From positions 173,476,001 through 173,540,000 of the forward strand of contig CM069131.1 of NCBI GenBank assembly GCA_035221665.1: a DNA stretch of 64,000 bases. The letters are read 5' to 3'. Numbering within the stretch: position 1 is the stretch's first letter; every line of letters begins with the position of its first letter. Source of the DNA: Okamejei kenojei (Eukaryota). Of the stretch, positions 1-13,479 are shown in pieces. A program made the position numbers and the translations under genes. The notes under the pieces were generated by a model. It saw nothing but the letters and a program-made list of their open reading frames with translations. It did no database searches and was not told the DNA's origin.

Positions 1-835
1 GGCAGGCAACTGATTCGACGCACCGTCCTCAAAATGTTTCTAAATGCAATAAAGTTAGGCCTTATATCTAAACATGACGTTATAATGCATCAATCTAATC
101 AGCATATTTACCATCACTTTTTAAATTAAAATTCAATATTCTATATAAATAAACGCTTTACCTTAAAAGCCCGCATGTCATCCATTAAATTGAAGCTAGC
201 ATTTCCATTAGTGAGTCGGTATTTATAGTCAAAACCATCGTAATTTAAAATAGCTCAACTTTAATTTCTAGTAACTATTCATTTATTTATTTTTTTAAAT
301 CTCTATTCTAGCTTTTAAGACTGGTGACGTTTTAAACAGAAGGCTAGGTGTTTAGGAGAAAATAGCTCTTTGTTTGACCTCCCCCCCCCCCCCCCCCCCC
401 ACCCCCGTCTCAATTATTTAAGGAAAGCGCCACCCCTCCCAAATAAGGCTATTTAGATGGTTTGCAGATGAGTGGAAGCGCGCTGCAAAAGACCTGACAG
501 CCAAGTATATCACAGGCAACATCATCCGTCTCTCTGTGTGATGTAGATTAGAGGCTATTAGGGGCAAGGGATTAATTTGTAGCCAATTACAAAACGTTAG
601 TGAATATGAATGCATAAATAACATGCGGGCTGTCGTGTGTGTGTGGGGCAGAAATGTCTAGGGGGAGTCCTAGGGAGACCGTCAGGACCTTCTGAGGATC
701 AGTAGCACTTTGTGACTGCACATTAATACCCTTGATCGATGCCAGGGGGTGAACCGGATTCAAAGATTTGACTGTGTACATAGCATTGTTTTTTTTTTTT
801 TAAAGAGGGCTATTAAATAGTTTGCTGGGGGAGTC

Positions 836-1289
836 ATGAATGTGAACAGAGACAAGGTTCAGCCCGCTGATATAACCTTACCATCACCGGCAGTGGCAGA
901 TCCGATGTCTTGTACCATCCACACTGAAGCCATGGATGTGAACGGGGAGCAGAGACTCCCTGCAAGTGACCTGGCTGCCTACTCCTGCCCGGCCGGCCGG
1001 GAGAGACAAGGGGAAACACAGGGAATCGCTGGCCAAGAGGCAGTGGTCGTGGTCCCAGCTCCTACCAGCAACAACAGGACCACCTCTTTCTCGGTCTTAG
1101 ACATTCTGGACCCCAACAAGTTTAACAGCAGCAAGCGGCGGCAGTGCAGCATTCTATACAGAAGCGGCAGCGAGTACACAGTGGCAGCGGCGGGGGAAAG
1201 GGCTGCGAACGCTTTTTGTGAAATTGCAGATCGGAAAACGATAAACGATAGCGGGTTGGACACATGCAAGAAGGCAGCTGATATCTTCA
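836..1289 (+). CDS. NKX1-1: NK1 homeobox 1, coding exon 1
   Basis: ATG at 836. Contains the eh1/TN motif TSFSVLDILDPNKFNS typical of NK1 proteins. Donor GTAAGT at 1290. Exon is 454 nt (phase 1), matching the exon 2 phase. Confidence 0.93.
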
Positions 1290-2378
1290 GTAAGTATCGG
1301 CGACCCGTTCCCTGTCTTTAAAGCCCCGCGACCACGTCTTGGGTGTAAGTTTTGACGCGACGGTTAAAAATAAAGATGCTTTGGACAAGGGACGACCAGG
1401 TAACTTAGCACGACCGAGTCTCGTGTGCTGATGATCGCTGTCAATAATGAACTGTGCATGCGGACCCTTGATAACTAACGTTAAGGTAAGGTTATGTCAG
1501 TCTCCAAGGCACCGCTCCGCGCTGTACCAAGGCTGCTAAGTACCCAAGTAAGTAAAGAACCCCTTTCAGGCAAGATCTCAATGTTGGTTTATTGTGAAGG
1601 ATTTTATTTTATTTTTAATTTTGTGAGCCAGTATTCGTGATATATCAGCTCCAAACACTCGTCATGCGCTTAGATTCAATTACTTTTTAAATATAATTTA
1701 GATTCTCTTGTGTTCCATTCGGCCTTGACTCTTTATAAAAAGGTGCCTTGTTTGAAATAAAAAGGACGCTGCCGTTTAAAAAGCGCTTTATCCAATCTTT
1801 CAAAGACATCTCTGGAGTTTATCCTTCATGCTTTAGGCGACAGATTCAATTTTCTCTCTCCCCTTCGGTTTTTAGGACGAATCAGACTAATTGTGACAAA
1901 ACGCTGCTTATCTCTAGAAAAACAATTAAATTTCTTCGATTACATTTAAGGTAAAATGTGCTTAGGAGCGCTAAAGAGCTCTTATAATGGCGAAAATCGC
2001 CCCAGAGTGCCATGTTGGGCTGCAGGGATCGATATCCTATTATCGAATTCTGCATATCTCTTTCAAACAGCTTGCGAACACTCCTAAAACGTCTAAATTA
2101 TAGGGTCAAAATTCGGATAATTACTCGATTAAAACGTATTACAGTTATTAGTGGCTGCCATTGATCGAGGGTTGCGTTCGACCCAGACTGCAGATTGCAG
2201 CCTCCACACGTCTTTCAAAAAAAAGTCCTAACTTTCTTCTCCCTAATCCGGTGACATTCGAAGAAAGAAAGACGGAGCGGTCGTCAAAAGTCATTCTCCC
2301 CGAAACTCGGGTTTAAAAGGCAAGGTGCTGCCCCAATTTGAGCCCAGAGCACTAAAGTCGTTTCCTTGATATGCTGCC

Positions 2379-2380
<2 letters not shown>

Positions 2381-2420
<40 letters not shown>
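2381..2420. repeat. (GT)20 microsatellite in the NKX1-1 intron
   Basis: Perfect GT dinucleotide run. Confidence 0.98.
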
Positions 2421-2422
<2 letters not shown>

Positions 2423-3824
2423 TCCGGTTAAAGTTTCAGGATGTACAGTTATTGTTTAAATCAAATGAAGCGTGTAACACACAGGGTAAGCAGGCGAACT
2501 GCAAATTAAAATAAGAATGCATTGGAAGGTCAGGTTGTTAATTGCGGCCGCACCCAAGGGGCCGTTTCAATATTTCACATAACACTCTGCACGTCGCCTG
2601 TATTTGGATGTTGATTAAATGGTGGGAAGAATGCACAGCAACACGCTACAGCGCTGAGAACAAACACCTCCTGTGAAAATATGCAATTTCTGTTGAAAGT
2701 GGTAAATGTTTTTTAAGTGCGTTATTATTTTCCCGTCTATCTAATGAGGCTTTAATATGATTACAATTAATTTAAGTGTCTTGCAATTAGTTTCCGTAAT
2801 AGACGGACTCACATTACAGACGCCAGTCCACTTTAATTAACGCAGCTTTATATCTTTCAGGGATTTACCCCTAACGCACCCGATCAAGCATGAACAGGTC
2901 TCTCGTACAGTAACTACATTTTAGTGATATTGCAAAATAGATACATACTCATGTCGAGCAGTATTTCTGGCCGTAGTCTACAACGTTCCTATTTAAATAG
3001 TTATAAATCATGATATTATCAATAGCATTCAAACAATTTACCGTAAAAATAGATTATATCGGCAACAAAACAGAAGGTGTACAAGAGTTATACTCGGGTA
3101 AATATTTATCAGGAAGTCGATACGCGCTTTATTCTAAGTGACTAGAATGCCTCATGCTGTTGGGACACGAAGGTCGTGTCTATTCGGCGCGTCTTCAGAA
3201 AATGACAGCTGAAATCGCCGAATTTGTCACCTGTTTACTCAGAGTGCTAATTTCTCACCTCCTCACTTTCCAGGATAAATCACGGAAGAGATAAGCCATG
3301 GAGAAAGCCTGTTTACGTGAACTATTACCATCTATTTTCTTCGGTATTCGGTTACGAAGCCCGCAGTGCCCTCTTTTTTTTTACGCTAAGCGCAAGGGTC
3401 ATTTGTGATACAGGAGAAATAAGTCCCTGGAACTTTTTAAGTGATTCCGAGGAAACAAATTTGCCTGTTGTCGAGAACTGGCAGTAACTCGTTTCAATTC
3501 AGCAGAAAAGTTGTCCCTGGGCTAATTAAGTGCGGGCATCAATTTCAAACACAGGGATTAATATTTAAGACACACCTGACATTCCATCAACAGAATTAAA
3601 TTGGTTTCAAGATCATAGTACAGTTTGCATGTTGGAAAGTAATGATTGAAATGAATTATAAAATCAAGGGCGGTCTGATTATAACTTTTACTTTTTAGTA
3701 TAGTGTGTTATAGTTTAGAAGTTAATGCATATTAGAAGTTAAAGTATATTTACAAGAAGCATTTAGTAAACAAGCATAGTGAGAAGTGATGTTCTCATCT
3801 TTTGGTCTTTGAAGTCCAACATGA

Positions 3825-4781
<957 letters not shown>

Positions 4782-4897
4782 AAGATCAGAGGCGAGGAAG
4801 TTGGGCGGCCTACGTATGTATGTATGTGTGAGTGCGTGTGTCAGCAAATTAGACTCCTTTTGCCTCCCAGAACCACTAAAAACAAACCAATCAAAAG

Positions 4898-4903
4898 AAT
4901 AAA
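4898..4903 (+). promoter_or_regulatory. Candidate NKX1-1 polyadenylation signal (alternative at about 5477)
   Basis: First AATAAA after the stop codon. Usage is unverified. Confidence 0.35.
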
Positions 4904-7900
4904 AACAATCTCATTCCTTCTCTTAGAGAGAGAAAAAATACCCCCACAATATTTTTTTTAAGCCCAGAAATCCATACAATCTGCTTGTTTTGTAACAATT
5001 CCGTATTTGGGCCGTTGATTATTACAACTGAAATATTCACCCACATGCTGTTCAGATTAACACATCGGAATAGTTTAGTACTTTCCCCCCATAGTCAGAT
5101 TGTAATTATTAAACCTTTGCACTTATTGATTTATTTTTAAATCGCAGAAGTTTGATTCCTCTTCCGTTATTACACAAAACATAATAGATACCAACTGCAG
5201 TTCCTCCCTACACATACCGACTTTTGAGTTTGCTTTTATTCGCCAGGTTTTATTTTCATATTGGTATATTAATCACACAAATGCGCCACAAGGTAAACCA
5301 GGAGTTCAGACCATCGCATGTGAACAAACTGTGAGCGTTCCTGCTCATTACAGGTTAAGTTTGCTTTAAATCCTCCATCGTGATCAGAGGAACATGAATG
5401 GTCATTCTGCATTTCTGCGCGATTATCAAAAATAGTGTCGTCGCCCCCCCCCCCCCCCCCCCTTTCCGTCACCCCCAATAAAACTTTCACCAAGAGCAAA
5501 AAGGGCAAACGTGCTGATCAATTCACAAATGCACCCCATCCCCTGCCACCAACCCTCAGCCCCAAAAGATAACTTTATTCGGGAGGCGATTTTACTGAGT
5601 GCGGCGCAGAGAAGATGAGGGGTCCCAGAAGGCTGCACGCAGTCATTATTCGTACAAAGTCGGCGAGACTTTGACAGCACTAAGTAAACAAAAACAAAAA
5701 AAACAATGAACACTTTTATTCTGTAATTGGATACTTGGTGCGGCGTTTATGGAGAGAGATTGTGGTATTTCGCGAATGCATTCGACCCAAACGGTGACAG
5801 GTACTTTGTTAAGGAATTTGCAGAGAAGGGTTACTCTGAACATTTTATGTGTAGATTGTCTCCGAGGTCTTCGGTTTCCAGTAAATAATAAAAGTCAGAG
5901 TGTTGAAATTAATATGTAGAGCTCATTTAGGGTATTTAACCCTTTTCCTCTTCCTTGTAAACCGAGAGAAATCAAAATCCCTTTTAAGTGCAGCGAAACC
6001 CAGTGTACATGGAGCGTTCGAAGAAGGCAGCTTGACATTTAATTCTGGCCAAAACAAAAATATTTTCCCTTTCTGTCCTTCGCCGATGGTTTTATTTTTT
6101 TCTGCCCAGATCTGTTTTTGGAATATATGAACCGTGTGAAATGACGCCGGATTTCACGGCCTTCTCTGTTAATATTAAGTGGAATTTAATTTATTTTGTA
6201 ATTTATGTTAATACGACCAAACAAGAATTGTTGTAAATGTCCCTGGCGTTTGTTGTGGACCTGGAAATATTTTGTCTTTGAACGTCGCTTGCGTTTCCCT
6301 CACAACCCCGTTAGACCGGTGGTTTCCTAATGGACCAAGGGGCTGCTCTACGCTGTCTTTGACTCGAGCTCCTTTCAACCAGCGAGAAGAAAATCGATGG
6401 CGAAGATTTTCTACCTGTGTCTCCCAGGCAGTCGGTCTTCTCCCCATTCACCCTCCCTGTCATCGTGGGCTTGGCAAGCCGACAACATTTTGTTTTTAAA
6501 ACGCTCGTTTGATTCCGTACGGGAGACTGACGGAAGTTTCAATGATTCTCGGGGAGTGGGTGAGGTGTGGAGGGAATCACTAAACAAACTTGGCAATGTT
6601 TCAGCTCGTGTGATTCCATCAAAAGGTGGCGCCTCCTCCGAATTTATAAACTGAAAACTTTGCTCCGTGTTTTCAATCGATGTGCGCTCGTTATTTGTCT
6701 CAAAGCCCATTGCCTGTGAAACCTAGCCGGAACTTAGAAAGAAACTTCTCTCTCGCTTCTACGGTTTATATCATTGTTTGAGGTTTGCCTGATATCGTTT
6801 CCGATTCTCAATGAATTGATCCCACTACATACCCGAATACAGACTCCCATTGATCACTGTGCTGACATGATTTTATTATTATTATTATCTTACGGTTGTC
6901 AGTTCCTATGTCAAATATATTAGGAAACACCCAACTCGAGTCTCAGGGTACATACTCTAGAAAAGTGACAGTTCTGTAAATCGTTGGAAAAGAATCGGGT
7001 TTTTTTTGCGAAATCAATATTATCAATTACTTGTTTTTTGGGGCTATGTATAAAATAAAGTAAGCGCTAAGACCATGGACAGAGGAATCGAATGAGCAAA
7101 GTCAACCTGAGACCAACAATCGTTCACAATCATGTATCTTTAAAATTGGAGATTAACTCAACGTTCACACTAACTGTTGATCAGAAGCCAATCTAAGATT
7201 GTTTTCTGTTATTTACACTGTATATTTATGATGTTCTATAGTTGAATTTGTAATTGATGTAACTTATGAGAGAGCAGTACTCCGAAATTATATGGCCAAT
7301 TAATGAACGAGCACTTTGGTAGTTAAAATACTTTAAATGAACAATCAATAAACTGAGTCTATGCTAATCACCCCGTTTGCTTCTTGTATTTTTCTATTGA
7401 GCAGATGCCATATATTAAGTATTTTGATGCACGTAGCAACTATTTCCATGTGTAGGAAGGAACTGCAGATGCTGGTTTAAACCGAAGATAGACACAAACA
7501 GCTGGAGCATCTCCGAAGAAAAGGAATAGGTGGCATTTGGGGTCAAGACCCTTATTCCGACTATGTCCATGTTCTATCAACAAACCGTACCACTATTTAC
7601 AGGCTACCGTTTATTAAATGTACACTGAATTATTTTGTGAATAAGAAATGTTAACAAGAATCTTTTGCTGAATGTCCGGGTTTCGGAATTGCGCCGCCTA
7701 AAGAGTTTCGGGTCACCCCCCCCCCCCGCCACCTTTCTTATTGTCCGCTCTCTCTCTCTCTCTCTCCCAATCTCCTCCATCTCAGCAGAAAACTGTGTGC
7801 TTGTGTCATCGATGTCGCTTTGTGAATTACACCTTGAACTCACTTCATCACTCCTTCATCTCCTTTGCTCCCGCCTCGTTGATCCTCGGGGAACACCTCC

Positions 7901-8004
7901 AACTGCCGCGCCTTGGAGTCGCAGAGTTTCGCGGATAATTAAGATCGGGGCGTGAAAGGGAAATTAGGGGGGGAAACAAACCTGTTGTACATTAAATGTT
8001 TAGA

Positions 8005-8165
8005 AACTGGTTCACACCGAAGATGGACACAAAGTGCTGGAGTAAACTCAGCGGGTCAGGCAGCATCTCTGGAGAAAAAGCATGAGTGACGTTTCGGTCG
8101 GAAACCTTCTTCAGACCTGACGCGACCCGCCGAGTTTCTCCAATTCTTTGTGTCTATCTTTTATC
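8005..8165. mobile_element. Inverted pair of Penelope-like 3'-end fragments
   Basis: AGATGGACACAAAGTGCTGGAGTAAACTCAGCGGGTC is followed about 60 nt later by its near reverse complement GACCCGCCGAGTTTCTCCAATTCTTTGTGTCTATCT. Confidence 0.7.
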
Positions 8166-8619
8166 TATTTTACAGCAAGTACAGATCTGTTAACTTCCCT
8201 CTCGTCGCCAGTCCTTCCCGCTACTTTTATGGCCTTGTTGTCCGCACGATCATTTCCTACCACCTCTTCTCGTTGATTTATTATTTGAACGGTTTTGCTT
8301 CAAGTTTTGTATCGGTTATCTGTTTCCCTCCCCTTCCCGTCTTTTCTCCAATTACCGTTCTATTCGCTAATCTTCCACGCTCTGCAGCATTTATTTCAGT
8401 GCAACTATTTATTTCATCCCTTATAACGAGTTCTCGCCACGGCATCTCTTTATCTTTAGCTTCCTTTTCTTTACCGAAAGTACAAGTCCCGGCTGCAGAT
8501 GATGATGAAGTTTTCGCAATAATAGAGAGGGAGAACATATTGAGATTTCCCACTCTTCCAGACACGCCGCTGATTCTTCAGTCAGGGTCCCTGGTCCTCA
8601 TCCATTAACCCGCCCGTGT

Positions 8620-8855
8620 GTCCTGAGCCGCGCTGGCACTTGGACAAGCAATGTGTGGATATTAATAATCATCCCTCCTTGATCCACGTCCCCTATGTTC
8701 TCTCGTTTTCACACCTTACCCTTCTGTATCTCTCATTTCCCTCTCCCCTGACTCTCAGTCTGAAGAAGGGTCTCGACCCGAAACGTCACCCACTCCTTCT
8801 ATCCAGAGACGCTGCCTGACCCACTGAGTTACTCAAGCATTCAGCGTCTATCCTT
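8620..8855 (+). mobile_element. Penelope-like element 3' end with hammerhead-like motif
   Basis: CTGAAGAAGGGTCTCGACCCGAAACGTC at 8760-8787, followed by the family tail GCTGCCTGACC..CTGAGTTACTC.AGCAT. Confidence 0.75.
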
Positions 8856-10460
8856 CTTTTCTACTCTATTCACCATCGAATTCCTTTTTATTGAGGCATC
8901 GTCAGCCGCCTGCCACTCCTTTCTGATGTACAACTTTTTATCAGGACACAACCCGCTGAGTTTACCGCCTTCATCCCGGCTGGTCTCTTGAGTAACTTTC
9001 CAGATTTCAATCGCTCCACCAATCGCTCCACCATCAGTTGCCCCTTCCCTGAAACATATTTAGTTGACTTTAGTTTACTTTAGCTTAGTTTATTATTGTT
9101 ACCGGGACCGAGGTACAGTGAAAAACGTTTTGTTTTGTTGCGTGCTATCCCGTCAGCGGGAGGATTACAATCTTACAATAACGTTTAGTGCAAGATAAAG
9201 TCCAGTATCTCGTCTTTCATTCTGTTTCTCTGACCGCTAATCAAAGTCTATTTCTTTGGCCACACTTTTGATTATCTACCCTCATATCTGCTTTCATAAC
9301 ATTATCGTAAGTTGTTCGATAGTGGCCCAGTGTAATTCCTTGGGGATGTTTTACCGTGATAAAGGCACTATACGAATAATTGAAACATAAAATTCTTACC
9401 ACTAAGAAACCTTTAGCCCATGAGATTCCCATCGTGTTTAACGATGCCGGTATGCCTCTTTATATTCCTACATGCAAACATTCTAGTATAATGTCTAATG
9501 CCTTAAATTATATCTTTCGAGCCCAATGTATTATTTGTCTTTGTCTGCTTTCCCGAGTGAGGCTGTTGAAACATCTCTTCTGAGATAACATGCATGGTGT
9601 AAGGAATTTATAAGATCTTACTCAAACATACATCTTCACTAATGACAAAAAGTTGTCTCCTCGGACTGATTCAAACAGCTGAGCGGAAGACCAAAAGAGG
9701 GCGCACTTCGAGCCGGTTGGACTCCAGAACGAGCAACTATTCTAAATCGTTTTCGTAATCTCAATTTTGTATGAATGCATTTTGTTTTGTCTTTTGTGGG
9801 CATCTAAATGAAGGCATTAATTTTGGATATTTTAGGGGGCTTTATTAATTGGAAAATATGGATTTGCATATGTGAACAAAAAGTGAACGAGCAATTGAAG
9901 TCACTCTAGCATTTTTGTGTCTACCTTTGAAGTTAAATAGTGCAGTTTCAAAGAAATTACACGGATAGTGTTTGGCTGGGTACCTCTACCTGCTTTAGAA
10001 GCTTCTAGGACTAGTTAAGGTTTTTTTTAAATAATAAAAGATGTTGCCTGCCCCGCTGAGTTACTCCAGCATTTTGTATCTACCTTCGATTTAAACAAGC
10101 GCCTTCAGTTCTTTCCTACACAACGATTTTTGCTTTGCAAGTAGATGTTGTTAATAAAGAAACCATTAAAAAAATAATAAAGAAACCATAAAAAAATATC
10201 AAAGTGCAGATGCTGGAAATTTGAAATAAATACAGAAAATACAGGAAACAGGCCAGGCTGCATCTGTGCAGTGGGACAGGCCCTTTAACATTTCAGGTTG
10301 AAGATCCTTTACCAGGCATGGGAAAATGAGAACGATGAATTAGATATTCCTTTTGCTCAGTGTGAGAGTCTAGGAAAGTCGAGAGGACCTTAGAAAGGAG
10401 ATGAGGAGGAATTTCTTCAGTCAGAGATTGGTGATTCTGTGGAATTCATTGCCATAGAAT

Positions 10461-10640
10461 GGCACGGTGGCAGAGCGGTAGAGCTACTGCCTTACAGCAT
10501 GAGAGTCCCGAATTCGATCCTGACTGTGGGTGCTTGGCACGTTCTCCCCGTGACCTGCGTGGGTTTTCTCCAAGATCTTCGGTTTCCTCCCACGCTCCAA
10601 AGACATACAGGTTTGTAGGTTAATTGGCTTGGTATAAGTT
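10461..10640 (+). mobile_element. tRNA-derived V-SINE (HE1/MER6-like)
   Basis: A box GTGGCAGAGCGG, B box (A)TTCGATCC, and V-domain TTCTCCCCGTG..TGCGTGGGTTT..GGTTTCCTCCCAC..TCCAAAGAC. Confidence 0.8.
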
Positions 10641-13017
10641 CATGTTCATAAGTGATAGTAGCAGAATGAGGCCATTCAGCCCATCATGTCTACTCTGCCA
10701 TTCAATCATGGTGGATCTATCTCTCTTTCCCAACCTCATTCTTCTACCTTCTCTCCATAACCCCTGACGCCAGTACTAATCAAGAATCTATCTATCGCTG
10801 CCTTAAAAATGTCTATCGACTTGACTTCCACTGCCTTCTGTGACAATTAATTCCACAGATTCACCACCCTCATCTCCTTCCTAAAGGAATGTCCTTTAAT
10901 TCTGAGGCTATGACCTAGACTCCCCCACTAGTGGAAACATCCTCTCCACATTCACTCCATTCAGGCCTTTCACTATTTGGTAAGTTTCTATGAAGTCCCC
11001 CTCATCCTTCTAAACTCCAGCGAGTAGAGGCCCAGTGCGATCAAATGCTCATCATATGTTAACCCACTCATTCCTGGGATCATTCTTGTAAACCTCCTCT
11101 GGACCCTCTCCAAAGCCAGCACATCTTTCCTCAGATATGGAGCAGGCCACAATTGCTCACAATTCAACCTGAACAGCATATTATAGAGCCTCAGCATTAC
11201 ATCCCTGGTTTTGCATTCTGGTCATCTTGATATAAATGCTAGCATTGTGTTTGCCTTCCTTACCACCAAATCTACTTGCAAATTAACTTTTTAGGAATCC
11301 TGCACCATCACTCCCAAGTCCCTTTGCAACTCCGGATTCTCTCCCCATTTAGAAAATAATCTATGCCTTTATTCTTACTACCAAAATGCCTGACTCCATA
11401 CTTTGCTACGGTGTGTTCCATCTGCCACTTCTCTGCCCACTCTCTCAACCTGTCCAAGTCCTTCTGCAGAGTCCCTAGGGTTTCTCTACCCTACCTGCCC
11501 CTTCACATATCTTTGTATCATCTGCAAACGTGGCCACAAAGCCATCAATCTCCTCATCCAAATCATTAATATACAACATGAAGAGTAGCGGCCCCAGCAA
11601 TGACCCCTGCAGATCTCTGCTAGTCATTGGCAGCCAACCAGAGTGGCACCCTTAATTGCCACTCTTTGCCTTCTGCCATCCAGCCAACCTGCTATCCATG
11701 CTTGTATCTTCCCTTTGATACCATGGGCTCTCATCTTCCTTAGCAACAATTTGATGGCACCTTATCAAAGGCATTCTGAAAATCTAAAAATCTAAGTAAG
11801 CAACATCCACTGACTCTCCTTTGTCTACCCTAGTGCTATCTACTTCCTCAAAGAATTCCAGCAGATTTGTTAAGCAAGATTTCCCCTTTACAAAACCATG
11901 CTGACTTTGACCTATTTTATCATAAACCTCTAAGTACTTACTTACTTACTTACTGCCTATTATGCCTCCTGGCATGTAGGGCAGCAACAAAGGTCCTCCA
12001 CTCCTGTCTGTTCTCAGCTAGCTTCTGGACACTACCCCAGGTCAGGTCCATTGTTTTCATTTCCTCCTCTACAGTTCGTCGCCAGGTGGTTTTGGGTCTC
12101 CCTCTTTTCCTTTGCCCTTCCAGTGCAGGGCTATTCTTGGGATGCTGTCTGGTTATTGATATTCATCCTAGCATCTGTCGATAGCCCTGGAAGTCCATCA
12201 CGCCCAGTAGTGTTGATTCCTTCAGTTGCTGTTTCCATAACATATTTGTTTTACGAGACAGTGTTGTTAGCTCTGTGCTCAACCTCTAACCTGGTGGATC
12301 GATCTTCATCTCGCCTCTACCCTTCGACCTGTCCAGCATGGGAGATCCTAAGAGGAGACAAATCTCCCGATGGCATAGCTCTAGGGGTCACTGAGACACA
12401 CAAGCTCCCCGACCATGACAAGAGTGCAATCCAACGGGGAGAGTACTCCTTAATCTCATCCTTTATAATGGATTCTAAAATCTTACCAACCACTGAAGTC
12501 AGACTGACCGGCCTATAGTTTCCACTCTTCTGCTTTGCTCCTATCCTGTGCAGTGGGGTAATATTTGCAATTTTCTAATAGTCAGGAACCACTCCTGACT
12601 CTTGTGATTCATGAAATATCACTACTATTGCTTCAAGCTACCTCTTTCAGAACCCTATGGTGCAATCCATCCGGTCCAGGTGACTTATCCATCTTCAGAC
12701 CTTACAAATTCCCAAGCACCTTTGTAATAACCACTCCTCTAACTTCCACTCCCTGACTCTCATGAATTTCAGGCATGTTGCTGGTGTCTTCCACTGTGAA
12801 GACTGATGCAAAAAAGTTATTTAATTCCTCTGTCATTTCTTTATTCCCCATTATCGCTTCTCCAGCATCATTCTCCAGCGGTCCAACGTCCACTCTTGCC
12901 TCTTTCTTACTCTTTATATAACTGAAAAAAACACTTGCTACCCTCTTTTATATTATTGGCTAGCTTACCTCCATATTTCATCTTTTCTCCCAGTATTGCG
13001 TCTTTAGTTATCTTCTG
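10640..13017 (-). mobile_element. Degenerate CR1 LINE, interrupted by an RTE-derived insert
   Basis: Minus-strand ORF2 fragments LERVQRRFTRMIPG and GPLENDAGEAIMGNKEMTEELNNFFASVFTVED. CR1 3' UTR at the left end. Confidence 0.88.
11939..12441 (-). mobile_element. Internally deleted RTE-clade element (5' UTR joined to 3' end)
   Basis: (TAAG)n tail. Minus-strand RTE C-terminus RKRGRPKTTWRRTVEEEM...W. RTE-like 5' UTR motifs. AGTACT TSD at 11933-11938 and 12442-12447. Confidence 0.8.
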
Positions 13018-13479
13018 ATGTGCCATGATTGAATGACGGAATAAACTTGATGGGCTGAATGTTCTAATTCTGCGCCTATAACTTATGGACTTATGAACCA
13101 ATGACAAGTTTAGGCTGCCTTTATTAAGAAGTAAATGGTTCGGCAACATGTGGCGAGAACTGGAAGTCACTGACGTCAATGTCAGGCTGAATAGTAGAAA
13201 AAGTAATCTCACAAGATTGGCAAATGCCCCAAACTTGAAATTTTCCAAGGTAGATTAAAAAATGCTAATATTTTAGTCATAGTCTTTCAAATTTCTCTAG
13301 CATAGATCATTGAATAGTACAGCATAGGAACAGGCTCTTTAGCCTTCAATGTCAATGCCAAACATTTGGCCAAGTTAAATTAATCTCCTCTGCCTGCACG
13401 TGATCCATATCCCTCCATTCTCTGTGTATCTATGTGCCTATCTAAAATACCCTTAAATGCCAATCTGAAAATAAGTTGT

